From IMG/VR virus record IMGVR_UViG_3300025387_000012, positions 1-64,000 of that record: a stretch of 64,000 nucleotides of DNA; one strand, 5' to 3'. The notes below the pieces were generated by a model. That model did not search any database. It saw nothing but the letters and a program-made list of their open reading frames with translations, and was not told the DNA's origin. The position numbers were made by a program, and so were the translations under genes. This stretch comes from a virus. Taxonomy: Duplodnaviria > Heunggongvirae > Uroviricota > Caudoviricetes. Of this stretch, positions 18,442 to 27,802 are shown in pieces (positions within the stretch are counted from its first letter, which is position 1; the number at the start of each line of letters is the position of its first letter).

Positions 18442-18469
18442 GAGCAGGGATAAATAGTCGTACAACTCT

Positions 18470-19981
18470 TTGCCCCCTGGGATCACAATGAAACTATTCG
18501 ACCTTCACGAAGAAAAGAAAGCCTCCTCAGGGATGGCGCTTTCTAAGATCGTCTCCTACATCAGCCGTAAGATCGGCGTTGAGCTGTTGCGTATCCCTGG
18601 CGTGGAACACTTCCACAACTCCAAGGAGAACGGTTACGGTCTCCGCTATGTCGAAGCAGGTTCAACTCGCTGCATTCGTTTGAACTGGAACTCTGGAAGC
18701 GCAGCTTCTGGCGGTAAGATCAGCGATCTTTCGTCCATCGACGTCTTCTCTGGTAAGAACCACGATCCTACCTACACCATCTCTACGAAGGGTATTTCGA
18801 TCGTTCACGCTCTTCCAATGGTTGTTGCGATGCTGCAGGACCCATCGATTGGTAAGCACTTTGCATTCCCTGTCTCTGCTGAAATGGCTCTGTCAGAAGC
18901 GGTCCTCCTTGAAGTTGCTCGTGATGAGTACACTTCTGAAGGTGCACTCACAGACTTCCTCCATCAGCTGGCAAGCGGCAAGTCCTTTACCCGCTCTGAG
19001 TTCATTCAGCGCTACCACATCGTCCATGTCGGCATCTTCGACACGATCTATGACGACTTTGCTGATCGCTTCATCATTCGTGGTAAGCGTATCTCCCTCG
19101 CAAGCAATCAGAATCTGGACAGCCTGAAGGACAGCATTCTTTCCAAGGCTGGCGTCGTTGAGGTCAGCAAGGGCGGTACCAAGGAGGTCTACTTTAAGTC
19201 TCCTCAGGAAGAAGAACTTGAGAAGGAGGGCGGTGGCCAAAAGGTTCCTTACGCCGACACTCTCGAACACCTTGAAGGTCTGGTACAGGCCCTCATCAAG
19301 GGTTCCTTCAACGCACTGTTCGTTGCAGGTAAGGGTGGTACCGGTAAGACTCAGACCGTTGAGCGCGTGCTTCACTCTGCTGGTCTTACCGATGGTCATG
19401 GCTATTACAAGAACACCGGTTCAGCTTCTGCTGCCGGTGTTTACACCCTGCTCTACCATCACCGCAACGACATCATCCTCTTCGACGACTCCGATGGTGC
19501 ACTCGCCGACCAAGATGCTCGTAACCTGATCAAGGCTGCTACCGACACCAAGAAGTCTCGTAAGCTGGTTTGGAACAAGCGTTCCTCATTCATCTTCGAT
19601 CCAGAGTCTGAGGATCCAGATGCCTACGAAGGCGATCTGTCAATGGCTCCTAAGTACTTCGACTTCAAGGGTCGTATCATCTTCATCTCGAACCTTCCAC
19701 TGAACAAGCTGGACCCAGACGGTGCACTTCGCACCCGCGCGTTCATCATCAACGTCGATCCAACTGATGATGAGATGTTCGACTACATGGGCAAGATTCT
19801 CGACGACATCAAGCTTGAAGATGGTCTGACTCTTTCCAAGGAAGAGAAGGAACACGTCCTCACCGTCGTTAAGACGTCCAAGCGTAAGGGTGACGTATCC
19901 CTTCGTAAGCTCGTTCGCGCTCTCAACCTTGCCGCATCGGGGGCGCCAAACTGGGAAAAACTGGTTGAGTTGTACGCCTGA
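18470..19981 (+). CDS. P-loop NTPase of unknown function (paralog of 23110..24075)
   Basis: Walker A FVAGKGGTGKTQTV, Walker B ILFDDSDG, shared C-terminal block FDFKGRIIFISNLPLNKLDP with paralog; alternative start ATG 18488. Confidence 0.6.
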   Translation: MPPGITMKLFDLHEEKKASSGMALSKIVSYISRKIGVELLRIPGVEHFHNSKENGYGLRYVEAGSTRCIRLNWNSGSAASGGKISDLSSIDVFSGKNHDPTYTISTKGISIVHALPMVVAMLQDPSIGKHFAFPVSAEMALSEAVLLEVARDEYTSEGALTDFLHQLASGKSFTRSEFIQRYHIVHVGIFDTIYDDFADRFIIRGKRISLASNQNLDSLKDSILSKAGVVEVSKGGTKEVYFKSPQEEELEKEGGGQKVPYADTLEHLEGLVQALIKGSFNALFVAGKGGTGKTQTVERVLHSAGLTDGHGYYKNTGSASAAGVYTLLYHHRNDIILFDDSDGALADQDARNLIKAATDTKKSRKLVWNKRSSFIFDPESEDPDAYEGDLSMAPKYFDFKGRIIFISNLPLNKLDPDGALRTRAFIINVDPTDDEMFDYMGKILDDIKLEDGLTLSKEEKEHVLTVVKTSKRKGDVSLRKLVRALNLAASGAPNWEKLVELYA

Positions 19982-20037
19982 CGGAATAAAACAGCACTTC
20001 TCTATAAATACCTCCAAGGAAACTTAGGAGGTATTTT

Positions 20038-20847
20038 ATGTCTGAAACAAGAAGAGCATCTCAGAGAAACCACCACATCATTTACAGGACAACGTGTAGT
20101 GTAACTGGTAAGTGGTATATTGGAATGCATAGCACTGACAAACTTGATGACGGTTATCTTGGTTCAGGCATGCATCTTTGGCGATCGATTGACAAGTATG
20201 GAAAAGAACATCACTCTGTTGAAATCCTCGAGCATTATCCAGACAGAAAATCGTTGTCGGAAAGAGAAAGAGAAATTCTTGCTGAGGCTAAGAAACATCC
20301 GATGTGCATGAATATTGCTTGGGGTGGAGAAGGTTACTACGATCGTCCTCCCACCAAGGAAGAAACCCGGGAGAAACTTTCTAAGGCATCTAAGGGTTAT
20401 GTACGAACAAAAGAGTGGTATGAAAAGATTGCTGCTTCAAGAGCAAAGACCTGGACAACACATACTCCAGAAGCACGTGAGAAGATACGTCAAGCGCTTA
20501 CTGGAAAGACGCTAAGTGAAGAACATAAGCGCAAAATTTCAGAAGGCGGCACTGGCCAGAAGAGAACCGACGAAACCCGTGTAAATATCTCAAATGCTTT
20601 AAAGGGCAAGCCAAAGGTTCAACCTGCTTTCTCTGATGAACATCGAGAAGCTATTCGCCAATCTAGAATTGGCAAGAAGCATTCCGAAGAAGCAAAAGCC
20701 AACATGCGAAAGTCTAAAGATATGAGCAAGAATAAGCGACGCTGCACCGTAGATGGGATAAATATCTACGAATCTGTTAATGACCTTGTTTCAGCATTAG
20801 GAAGTGGCAGAAATGGATCAAGGTCTCCACTTTTCCGGTATATCTAA
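20038..20847 (+). CDS. GIY-YIG homing endonuclease with NUMOD3-like C-terminal repeats
   Basis: IYRTTCSVTGKWYIGMHS (GIY-YIG), conserved R/E; repeated SEEHKRKISEGGTG / TRVNISNALKGK / SEEAKANMRKS NUMOD3-like helices; TAGGAGG RBS. Confidence 0.75.
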   Translation: MSETRRASQRNHHIIYRTTCSVTGKWYIGMHSTDKLDDGYLGSGMHLWRSIDKYGKEHHSVEILEHYPDRKSLSEREREILAEAKKHPMCMNIAWGGEGYYDRPPTKEETREKLSKASKGYVRTKEWYEKIAASRAKTWTTHTPEAREKIRQALTGKTLSEEHKRKISEGGTGQKRTDETRVNISNALKGKPKVQPAFSDEHREAIRQSRIGKKHSEEAKANMRKSKDMSKNKRRCTVDGINIYESVNDLVSALGSGRNGSRSPLFRYI

Positions 20848-21297
20848 ATGCGCTTTGCCGAGTTCCTAGTCCAGGAAGCCTTTACCTCTCCCTACCCATT
20901 CACGTGGGCAAGGAAGGCAGACAAGCACTGGGGTGGCTCCTTCAAGACGAAGGACGGCGATAGCGTGCACGTTCATATCGCGGACGACCACGACCCAAAA
21001 ACACCAGGATTTGAAATCATCTTTGCAACGAACGACTCGATTGACATTACGGCTAAGGGCGATGGATTCAGAATCTTCGCAACCGTGATCGCCATGGTCA
21101 AGGAGTTCATAGATGCTGTTAAGCCTAACCGCCTGACATTCTCTGCGTTCAAGGACGAAGAGTCAGACAGCAATAAGTCCCGCGCGAAGCTCTACGCTGG
21201 TCTTTGCCAGCGTTTTGCTGAGAAGAATGGCTACACGTTCAAGCGGGTCATGCACGATGGCTACGACGATTTCGAGCTCACACGAAAACCCGACTAA
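20848..21297 (+). CDS. hypothetical protein with N-terminal MRFAEFLVQE motif
   Basis: ORF; N-terminus resembles motif shared with 21312, 36876, 37466, 37884 genes. Confidence 0.5.
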   Translation: MRFAEFLVQEAFTSPYPFTWARKADKHWGGSFKTKDGDSVHVHIADDHDPKTPGFEIIFATNDSIDITAKGDGFRIFATVIAMVKEFIDAVKPNRLTFSAFKDEESDSNKSRAKLYAGLCQRFAEKNGYTFKRVMHDGYDDFELTRKPD

Positions 21298-21311
21298 AAG
21301 GAAAATCACAA

Positions 21312-21698
21312 ATGCGCGTTGATGAACTATTCGAAGGCTCTGCCTCAGACCGCCGCATGGACCGTCTCGGTCGTTCATGGGCTATTCTTCCGGCTGGCCG
21401 CATCCTGTTCGGTAAGAACAAGGTCAGCATCAAGGACATGTCCACAGAATGGAAGAAGGGTACCGTCTATGTTGTAGACCTTAAGGGCCGCAACGTCTTC
21501 CTCTATTCGTCCGGCAACATTCCAAGCATCAAGATGGGTGACACGCACCGCGCTCACCACGATCAAACGTTTGGTGATCTGGGTTCTGCAAAAGTCCTCA
21601 ACATCATCCCTTACCACATGGTAGACGGTGAGCTGAAGATGGACACGGACAACGAACTCGGAACGAAGGATTCCTTCCCACTGTACGTCTTCAAATAA
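21312..21698 (+). CDS. hypothetical protein with N-terminal MRVDELFEG motif
   Basis: ORF with AAGGAAA RBS; shared N-terminal motif. Confidence 0.5.
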   Translation: MRVDELFEGSASDRRMDRLGRSWAILPAGRILFGKNKVSIKDMSTEWKKGTVYVVDLKGRNVFLYSSGNIPSIKMGDTHRAHHDQTFGDLGSAKVLNIIPYHMVDGELKMDTDNELGTKDSFPLYVFK

Positions 21699-21719
21699 GT
21701 CAACCTGACCATTATATAA

Positions 21720-21755
21720 TAGGGGCTCTGGGACATTCTCAGGGCCCCTTTTCCT
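21720..21755 (+). terminator. rho-independent terminator
   Basis: AGGGGCTCT...AGGGCCCCT stem (1 mismatch) + TTTTCC. Confidence 0.6.
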
Positions 21756-21756
21756 G

Positions 21757-21784
21757 TGTACATTCCCGCAGGACGTGATATTAT
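21757..21784 (+). promoter_or_regulatory. promoter, family variant (TGTACA-N16-TATTAT)
   Basis: CCTGTGTACATTCC. Confidence 0.5.
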
Positions 21785-21790
21785 AGCTTC

Positions 21791-22123
21791 ATGATTACGA
21801 AGCCGACCAAAACCCGTAAGCGTCGTTCAGACCGAAAGCACATCGTGTATGTGCTCACTAACAAGGTCACCGACGAAAAGTACGTGGGCATCACGGTCTG
21901 TGTGGATCGCTCCGGTAAGGAGACCCTCGCAGCTCGTTGGTGCAGGCACGTTGGTCGCGCTAAGAACCAGGACAAGAGCTGGAAGCTCTGTGAGTCCATT
22001 CGCGAGCACGGTCCTGAAGCCTTCGAAAAGGAAATCCTCCAGTTCGTTCGCGGTAAAGCCGAAGCCCACTCTGTCGAGACCGAACTTCGTAAGTCCGGTC
22101 AGTTCACTCTGAACACGGTGTGA
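21791..22123 (+). CDS. small GIY-YIG domain nuclease
   Basis: HIVYVLTNKVTDEKYVGIT...R..H..: GIY-YIG core; 110 aa. Confidence 0.55.
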   Translation: MITKPTKTRKRRSDRKHIVYVLTNKVTDEKYVGITVCVDRSGKETLAARWCRHVGRAKNQDKSWKLCESIREHGPEAFEKEILQFVRGKAEAHSVETELRKSGQFTLNTV

Positions 22124-22620
22124 CGATGACAAGACACGCTCGCTACATCCGACTTCAGAAGATGACCCTCGACGAAGGGTTGGCATACATCTCTCGCCAG
22201 CACTATCGAAAGATCGGTGGCTTCTGGATTGAAAAAGCCTCAAAGCCCTCCAACACGCGGCTGCACATGTTCAAAAGCGGACAAACACGGTGCGTTAGCT
22301 GCGGGTTGGAGGGTTCTCTTTTCCACATTGAGCGTCACAAGAATGACAAGGTGATGCCCTTCTCCATCAACCTCTATGGGGTTAGGGATGGAGAGGAAAT
22401 CATGATGACGTGGGATCACATCCTCCCCAAATCAATGGGAGGATCGAACCACCTTTCCAACGCCCAGTGCATGTGCGAGAAGTGCAACCAGAAAAAGGGC
22501 ACCGACATCAGTCTCGCTGACCTGATCAAGCTTTCCAAAATCCAAAACTTCTTGGAAATCCATAAGGCGCTGCCTATGGAACCCGTCTTTACGTTTGAAG
22601 GAGAATACGATGTCGCTTAA
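22120..22620 (+). CDS. HNH endonuclease
   Basis: WDHILPKSMGGSNHLSNAQCMCEKCNQKKG HNH motif with zinc-binding Cys pairs (CVSCG...CEKCN). Confidence 0.7.
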   Translation: MTMTRHARYIRLQKMTLDEGLAYISRQHYRKIGGFWIEKASKPSNTRLHMFKSGQTRCVSCGLEGSLFHIERHKNDKVMPFSINLYGVRDGEEIMMTWDHILPKSMGGSNHLSNAQCMCEKCNQKKGTDISLADLIKLSKIQNFLEIHKALPMEPVFTFEGEYDVA

Positions 22621-23038
22621 CCCCATCTCAGTTTCGTTCGATGAACTGATCGCCGACAATCAGCACCATCCGCTCCTGCGTCTCATGTGCGTTCGTCTTA
22701 AGGAAGAACCCTACATGACCCTCGGCACCTACTTCAAGGGACTGTCGGACCGAGACCTGGACATGCTGGCTGGTCTCGTCGAGGTCGCCACTATAAATCT
22801 GGAACCGTGGTCCTATCAGCAGGTCACGGTGATGGCTGAACTTCTGTCTCGTGCGGAAGCCTGCGAGGCTGAGACCGTGGAGGGCATCAAGATGAACGCC
22901 CGCATGTTCTGCCTTATCACCACGGCCGCGAACCTCGAGCGAAAGGGAATGGTGGATGTCATTTGGGAACACGCGTCCTTCGGACCAGAGTTCCTGGACA
23001 AGCAGGTCGTTCGGCTAAAGTCCCAACCTTCCCAATAA
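22610..23038 (+). CDS. hypothetical protein
   Basis: GAAGGAGAA RBS before ATG 22610. Confidence 0.5.
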   Translation: MSLNPISVSFDELIADNQHHPLLRLMCVRLKEEPYMTLGTYFKGLSDRDLDMLAGLVEVATINLEPWSYQQVTVMAELLSRAEACEAETVEGIKMNARMFCLITTAANLERKGMVDVIWEHASFGPEFLDKQVVRLKSQPSQ

Positions 23039-23043
23039 AGCTG

Positions 23044-23071
23044 TTTACATCCTGGTCGGTCTGTGTATAAT
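23044..23071 (+). promoter_or_regulatory. promoter, conserved family (TTTACA-N16-TATAAT, TGT extended)
   Basis: GCTGTTTACATCCTGG. Confidence 0.6.
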
Positions 23072-23109
23072 CACCTTAACATTGATTATACCACAACGGA
23101 GAATGCTGA

Positions 23110-24075
23110 ATGTCCAACGTTGCCCTCCTCTCCTTTGACAGCCGGATGAACAAGTGGACCGCCATGCACAATGGCCGGATCCTTGCAGCTTCTCCCACCA
23201 AGGAATACATCGTTCGCAACATCCGCGAAGGTCGTTGCAACAAGGCCAATCTGGTGGGTGTGACTGACGTTCGCGAGGTTGGTGAAACGATCATCAACCA
23301 TCAGGGCCGTCAGGAAAAAGTGGATCGCTTCGGCATCAACGAGCGTTTCGACTTCCTCACGGACTTCGTGAACATGGTTGCGGATCGCACCTCTCCCTCT
23401 CTTCTGGTTACCGGCGAAGGTGGCCTCGGCAAGACCTACACGGTGATGCGCGCCCTCAAGGACGCAGGCCTCAAGAACGTTTCCTATCACATCAGCAATC
23501 TCGAAGAAGGCGATGTGATCTCCGAGGAAGAAAATCGCGAGCTCTACGCCGTCGTGAAGGGCTATTCCACGGCGAAGGGTCTCTATCGAACCCTCTACGA
23601 AAATCGCGAGCGCATCGTTATCTTCGATGACTGCGATAGCATCCTCCGCGATCCTGTGGCTCTCAACCTTCTCAAGGGCGCCCTCGACAGCTACGATGTT
23701 CGGACGATCTCGTGGAACGCCGAGAGCTTTGGTGACGATGATCTGCCCCGCTCCTTCGACTTTAAGGGCGGCGTGATCTTCATCTCGAACCTCCCCATCT
23801 ACAAGATCGATCAGGCTGTTAGAAGCCGCGCAATCAGCGTGGACCTCTCGATGAACACGCAGCAGAAGATCGAGCGGATGGAAGCCATCATCACGAGCGG
23901 CTCCTTCCTCCCTGAATACGACCTTCAGACCAAGCGTGAGGCTCTCACCTTCTTGGAAACCATGAAGGACGAAGCCAAGGAGCTCTCCCTCCGCACTCTC
24001 ATCTCCGTCACCAAGGTGGCTGCCCGTGCCGGCGATTGGAAGCGCCGCGCAGAATATCTCCTCACGGCAGTTTGA
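23110..24075 (+). CDS. P-loop NTPase of unknown function (paralog of 18470..19981)
   Basis: Walker A LLVTGEGGLGKTYTV, Walker B VIFDDCDS, FDFKGGVIFISNLPIYKIDQ block shared with paralog. Confidence 0.6.
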   Translation: MSNVALLSFDSRMNKWTAMHNGRILAASPTKEYIVRNIREGRCNKANLVGVTDVREVGETIINHQGRQEKVDRFGINERFDFLTDFVNMVADRTSPSLLVTGEGGLGKTYTVMRALKDAGLKNVSYHISNLEEGDVISEEENRELYAVVKGYSTAKGLYRTLYENRERIVIFDDCDSILRDPVALNLLKGALDSYDVRTISWNAESFGDDDLPRSFDFKGGVIFISNLPIYKIDQAVRSRAISVDLSMNTQQKIERMEAIITSGSFLPEYDLQTKREALTFLETMKDEAKELSLRTLISVTKVAARAGDWKRRAEYLLTAV

Positions 24076-24090
24076 TCTGAAAGGGATCGA

Positions 24091-24282
24091 ATGTTAAAAG
24101 TTCTCATCCACAACCCCAAATTCCCAAGGGATCGCTCGAAGGCAGTGGAGCTCACTCGTGAGCAGACCGTTGCCACCCTCGAGTACATCACCTCGGCTTT
24201 GAATGAGGGAAAGAAACTCAAGGAGGACACGGTGATCCAGCTTCTTCAGGAAGCTGGACTGCCAGTCAAGTTCGATGGGTAA
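24091..24282 (+). CDS. hypothetical small protein
   Basis: ORF 63 aa. Confidence 0.4.
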   Translation: MLKVLIHNPKFPRDRSKAVELTREQTVATLEYITSALNEGKKLKEDTVIQLLQEAGLPVKFDG

Positions 24283-24523
24283 GCCCAAACACGAAAACCT
24301 CTTTCTCCTCATGATCGAGCTGGCAGACGGTCGATTGATGTTGGCAAACGGCGGCCCAGACCGCCATAACAAAATCCTCGTCGCGCGAAAGGGAAATCGA
24401 GACGCTCTTGAAAAGATCGGGCAGCGTATCCTCGATGAAGGCCTGGCCATTGGCTACCAAATCCTGATCACGGCCTCTCCCCCTGTCCGCACCTACAACG
24501 TCGAGGAAGTCCAGATCAACTGA
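24275..24523 (+). CDS. hypothetical small protein
   Basis: ORF 82 aa overlapping upstream stop. Confidence 0.4.
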   Translation: MGKPKHENLFLLMIELADGRLMLANGGPDRHNKILVARKGNRDALEKIGQRILDEGLAIGYQILITASPPVRTYNVEEVQIN

Positions 24524-24556
24524 CCTGAAAAAGTTGGCGAACCCGCCTCTTTCCTG

Positions 24557-24584
24557 TTTACATCCTGACCGAACAGTGTAAGAT
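24557..24584 (+). promoter_or_regulatory. promoter, conserved family (TTTACA-N16-TAAGAT)
   Basis: CCTGTTTACATCCTGACCGAACAGTGTAAGAT. Confidence 0.6.
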
Positions 24585-24616
24585 AACACTATCAAATGAG
24601 CAACTGAGGTTCTCAA

Positions 24617-24823
24617 ATGCTAAAGTCGAAGACAATCTTTACCGTTCGGATCGTCTACAAAGGCGGTTACGTTCACGATTTTGAAGTCCTCGACTTCTCT
24701 GTCAAGGGTGGTTCCTATTCCTGGAATGCCCTAAGCGAAACCAACAAGCCCCTTCAGCTGGGTGCAGATGAAATCGCAGCTGTTTGGGTTGTCAGTAAGC
24801 GTACGAAGTACTACCTGTTCTAA
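24617..24823 (+). CDS. hypothetical small protein
   Basis: ORF 68 aa downstream of conserved promoter at 24557. Confidence 0.45.
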   Translation: MLKSKTIFTVRIVYKGGYVHDFEVLDFSVKGGSYSWNALSETNKPLQLGADEIAAVWVVSKRTKYYLF

Positions 24824-24860
24824 ACCCCTGATGAAAACCCCGATGAAAGGAACTACGACA

Positions 24861-25217
24861 ATGCCCACTCTCGCTGATCTGATCGCCACCTACAACACCC
24901 TCGCCGTTGCCGCTGGTCTCCCGACTCGCAAGGGCTTCGACAACAAGGCCAAGGCTCTGGCTGCCATCGCTGCTCTGCAGCCGGCTCCCAAGGCTGCTAC
25001 TCTTCGAGTTCGCAAGGCCGGCGCCATCCGCGCCAAGGGTCCCCGCGGCTTCAAGATCGATTCTCCGGCGTGGCTGCGGTCCATCGCGGCTGGTAAGGGT
25101 ATCGCTCTTTCGCCGAGCAACCTGCCGAAGCTGCTGGACACCGCCGATGCCAAGGGTATCACGGTTTCGGCCGATATGACCCCGGCGGATATCGCGGCTG
25201 CTATCGCGGCTGCCTAA
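24861..25217 (+). CDS. Ala/Lys/Pro-rich basic protein (histone-H1/AlgP-like composition)
   Basis: AGGAA RBS 8 nt before ATG 24861; KAKALAAIAALQPAPKAATLRVRKAGAIRAKGPRG low-complexity basic repeats; GC-rich codon usage; followed by strong terminator. Confidence 0.45.
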   Translation: MPTLADLIATYNTLAVAAGLPTRKGFDNKAKALAAIAALQPAPKAATLRVRKAGAIRAKGPRGFKIDSPAWLRSIAAGKGIALSPSNLPKLLDTADAKGITVSADMTPADIAAAIAAA

Positions 25218-25238
25218 GCCGAATCGGCTCTTTCGCGG

Positions 25239-25270
25239 AAGCCCCATTCGAAAGGATGGGGCTTTTTGCT
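25239..25270 (+). terminator. rho-independent terminator after Ala/Lys-rich protein gene
   Basis: AAGCCCCAT-tcgaaagg-ATGGGGCTT + TTTTGCT. Confidence 0.8.
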
Positions 25271-25342
25271 GCCTCGGGACTGGTCGTTGGCGAGGATAAA
25301 TACTGAGACCATCCATCTCGTCCAAGTTCGGTGCCAGCCCAC

Positions 25343-26110
25343 ATGACACGAAAAATAGCCGTTTGTCTCAGCGGCCAGCCTCGCACATGGAAGAAGTGCT
25401 ACTCGACGTGGTTCGATGTCATGGACGGCTGGGGTGAGGTGGATTATTTCTGCCATTTGTGGAACTACAATAGCGACAGCAGCCTATCACAGTATGAGCT
25501 GGGTGACACCCCAGACACCTTGATCACGGCTGAAGAGATGCATGATATCCGCGAGACCCTTCATCCCAAGAAGCTTGTGTTCCAACCTAAAAAGAACGAT
25601 GTCATTCTTGGTGAGGGATTGGCAAACCCTGTCGCACCATGGGCGCACAGCCAGTTCTACAGCATGTGGCGAGTGGCAAACCTGAAGCGTCAGTACGAAA
25701 TCGAAAACGATTTTGAATACGACCTGGTTGTTCGACTTCGAACAGACCTGGTGCTACAGCCAAAGTTCATGCCGCCCGTCATGGCTCCTTCAACGCTCTA
25801 CGCAGTCCACACCCAACCGACTGATCCAGTTTATGGGGTCCCTCGGATTGGAGACATCTTCTTCTTGTCAGATAGCCTAACGTTTGATCACATCGCAATG
25901 TTCTACCACAGCCTTCGCTACATTGATGCTGATCACGTACTCCCCGGAAAGCCAGAGCTTTATGCCTTCCCACCAGAGGTTGCGCTCTATTACTATTGCG
26001 TCATGTCAGGCATCGACATTCAGCCGCTAAACGCCCTCGACATTAAGGTCATGAGAAGCCAAGAGCATCTTGCCAGAGTTGGAAAACTGCACCCATATGA
26101 AACCGCTTAA
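25343..26110 (+). CDS. uncharacterised 'AVCLSGQxRTW' family protein, paralog 1 (candidate glycosyl/group transferase)
   Basis: Shares N-terminal KIAVCLSGQPRTW, central YDLVVRLRTDL and DDIxFxSDS blocks with 3 paralogs in window. Confidence 0.55.
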   Translation: MTRKIAVCLSGQPRTWKKCYSTWFDVMDGWGEVDYFCHLWNYNSDSSLSQYELGDTPDTLITAEEMHDIRETLHPKKLVFQPKKNDVILGEGLANPVAPWAHSQFYSMWRVANLKRQYEIENDFEYDLVVRLRTDLVLQPKFMPPVMAPSTLYAVHTQPTDPVYGVPRIGDIFFLSDSLTFDHIAMFYHSLRYIDADHVLPGKPELYAFPPEVALYYYCVMSGIDIQPLNALDIKVMRSQEHLARVGKLHPYETA

Positions 26111-26903
26111 GATCGCAGTCTGCCTCAGCGGCCAGTCCAGAACGTGGAAGGCTGCGGTGAAGGGTACGCTTCAGCACTTTTCATCAGACCACCATCAGTA
26201 CTTTTTCTTTGGGCACACATGGGATGAGAACTGCTGGAAGACCCTGTTCTCTGGCAACCGCGATTACATTTTTGAGAAGCTAGACGCTGTCGCTCTCGAG
26301 AAAGACATTCGCGAATCCATTCCGATGAGTGGGCTGAAGATTGACCCACAGGCCGGCTGGATCGTCAATGGGCAATGGTGCACATGGGCTCCTATGCTGA
26401 AGAGCACCATGCTAGCCAACCACATGAAGACGCAGTACGAGATCGCAAACAACATGATGTTCGATCTTGTCGTGAAGACCCGCTGGGATGCCCTTTACGA
26501 TCCGCGAATGAAGTTCGAAAGCTTCATCCCGCTTCACACTCACCCTAACGCTCTCTACTGCATGGCCTCCGCAGATTTTGCGTACGAGTACCGTTTGCCA
26601 GCCGTCGACGACATCATGTACTTTGGATCTTCTACCGCCATGAACGTCATTGACAGCCTTTACCACTACTACACCACGTGTCAGCTAAATAACTTTGTCG
26701 GCGTAAAGTTTCCTTCTCAGGTTCTAGACAAGACGGTAGGCGTAGGTGTCCTTCTGTATAAGTGGGCCACTCGTAAAAATTTGCTCCTTTCCACCGGCAG
26801 ATTTAGGACACCAGGGGTTATCCGCAAGAACGTTGAGCACATGAACTGGCCAGAAGATTACGAGAAAATGAAGCACGCTTACATCCACTTCGAGGCTGTC
26901 TGA
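26097..26903 (+). CDS. uncharacterised 'AVCLSGQxRTW' family protein, paralog 2
   Basis: MKPLKIAVCLSGQSRTW, FDLVVKTRWDAL, DDIMYFGSS; overlaps upstream paralog by 14 nt. Confidence 0.55.
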   Translation: MKPLKIAVCLSGQSRTWKAAVKGTLQHFSSDHHQYFFFGHTWDENCWKTLFSGNRDYIFEKLDAVALEKDIRESIPMSGLKIDPQAGWIVNGQWCTWAPMLKSTMLANHMKTQYEIANNMMFDLVVKTRWDALYDPRMKFESFIPLHTHPNALYCMASADFAYEYRLPAVDDIMYFGSSTAMNVIDSLYHYYTTCQLNNFVGVKFPSQVLDKTVGVGVLLYKWATRKNLLLSTGRFRTPGVIRKNVEHMNWPEDYEKMKHAYIHFEAV

Positions 26904-27802
26904 TGACGCACACGATTTTTGCAAATGGCGACAGCTGGACTTTCGGCAGTGAAATCGCAGCCCCCGAGTTCCTTGCTCCTGATGGTAAGGGTGTTGGCAT
27001 GGGCAATCGCTTTACCCATGAGGGTGCCGACTACCTGCCGCATAATGACTTTTACCGCATCCCAAGGGTCTGGCCGTCTCGCCTAGGTGATATGCTCGGT
27101 GACGCAGAGGTGATCAACAAGGCTTGGCCTGCTAGAAGCAATGATACTATCTACCGCTCCACAATGGAGTGGCTGCTGACGAACTACATCACGCCCGGCA
27201 AGGATGTGTCTGACCTGACGGTAATCATTGGATGGAGCAGCCTTGAGAGAAAGAACGTCATCTTCGAGGACTTCGAAGGAAAGCTGTTCGAGTACACCAT
27301 TTGGCCAGCCATGAACCAAACCCACTACTACGATCTGCCGATGGTCAAGAAGTATTTCCAGATGCACGTCACCCATCTTTGGACTCAGCGTGAGTGTCTG
27401 ACCCGCTTCGTAGAACAGAACTTGTCACTGCACCTTCTGTGCAAGGCACATGGAATCAAGCATCACTTCTTCAACTCCTTCTATGTTCCTCGTGGTGAAG
27501 GCGGCAACTTCCATAAGTGGAAGGACCTTGACATCGCAACAGCGATCAAGCAGCTTTACGATCACAGGACAAACGGTTGGCTGGAACCGAACTACAACGA
27601 TCTTAAGGAGGTAGGCCGCCTTCTTCAAATGTGGGAATCTATTCCTGAAGAAGTGTTCCTCAACAAGAGCACTGGACTAACCTTCAAGACGCATGTTGAG
27701 CAAAACCTGCCGCACGAGCTTAGGTGGTGCGGCATTCACCCAAGTCCAGAGGGTCATGAGGTCTGGGCAAAACACCTTCACAAGCATCTGTTCAATGGGT
27801 AA
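26903..27802 (+). CDS. SGNH/GDSL-like hydrolase/acyltransferase-fold protein, paralog 1
   Basis: N-terminal FANGDSWTFG (GDS block I) and C-terminal HPSPEGHEVWA (DxxH-like block V). Confidence 0.5.
   Translation: MTHTIFANGDSWTFGSEIAAPEFLAPDGKGVGMGNRFTHEGADYLPHNDFYRIPRVWPSRLGDMLGDAEVINKAWPARSNDTIYRSTMEWLLTNYITPGKDVSDLTVIIGWSSLERKNVIFEDFEGKLFEYTIWPAMNQTHYYDLPMVKKYFQMHVTHLWTQRECLTRFVEQNLSLHLLCKAHGIKHHFFNSFYVPRGEGGNFHKWKDLDIATAIKQLYDHRTNGWLEPNYNDLKEVGRLLQMWESIPEEVFLNKSTGLTFKTHVEQNLPHELRWCGIHPSPEGHEVWAKHLHKHLFNG

Noticed and set aside
24792-25456. Antisense and alternative-frame ORFs (24792-25349, 24890-25162, 24907-25179, 25214-25456) around the Ala/Lys-rich gene
   Set aside because: GC-rich low-complexity region yields open frames in all phases; only the + frame has RBS, promoter context and terminator.
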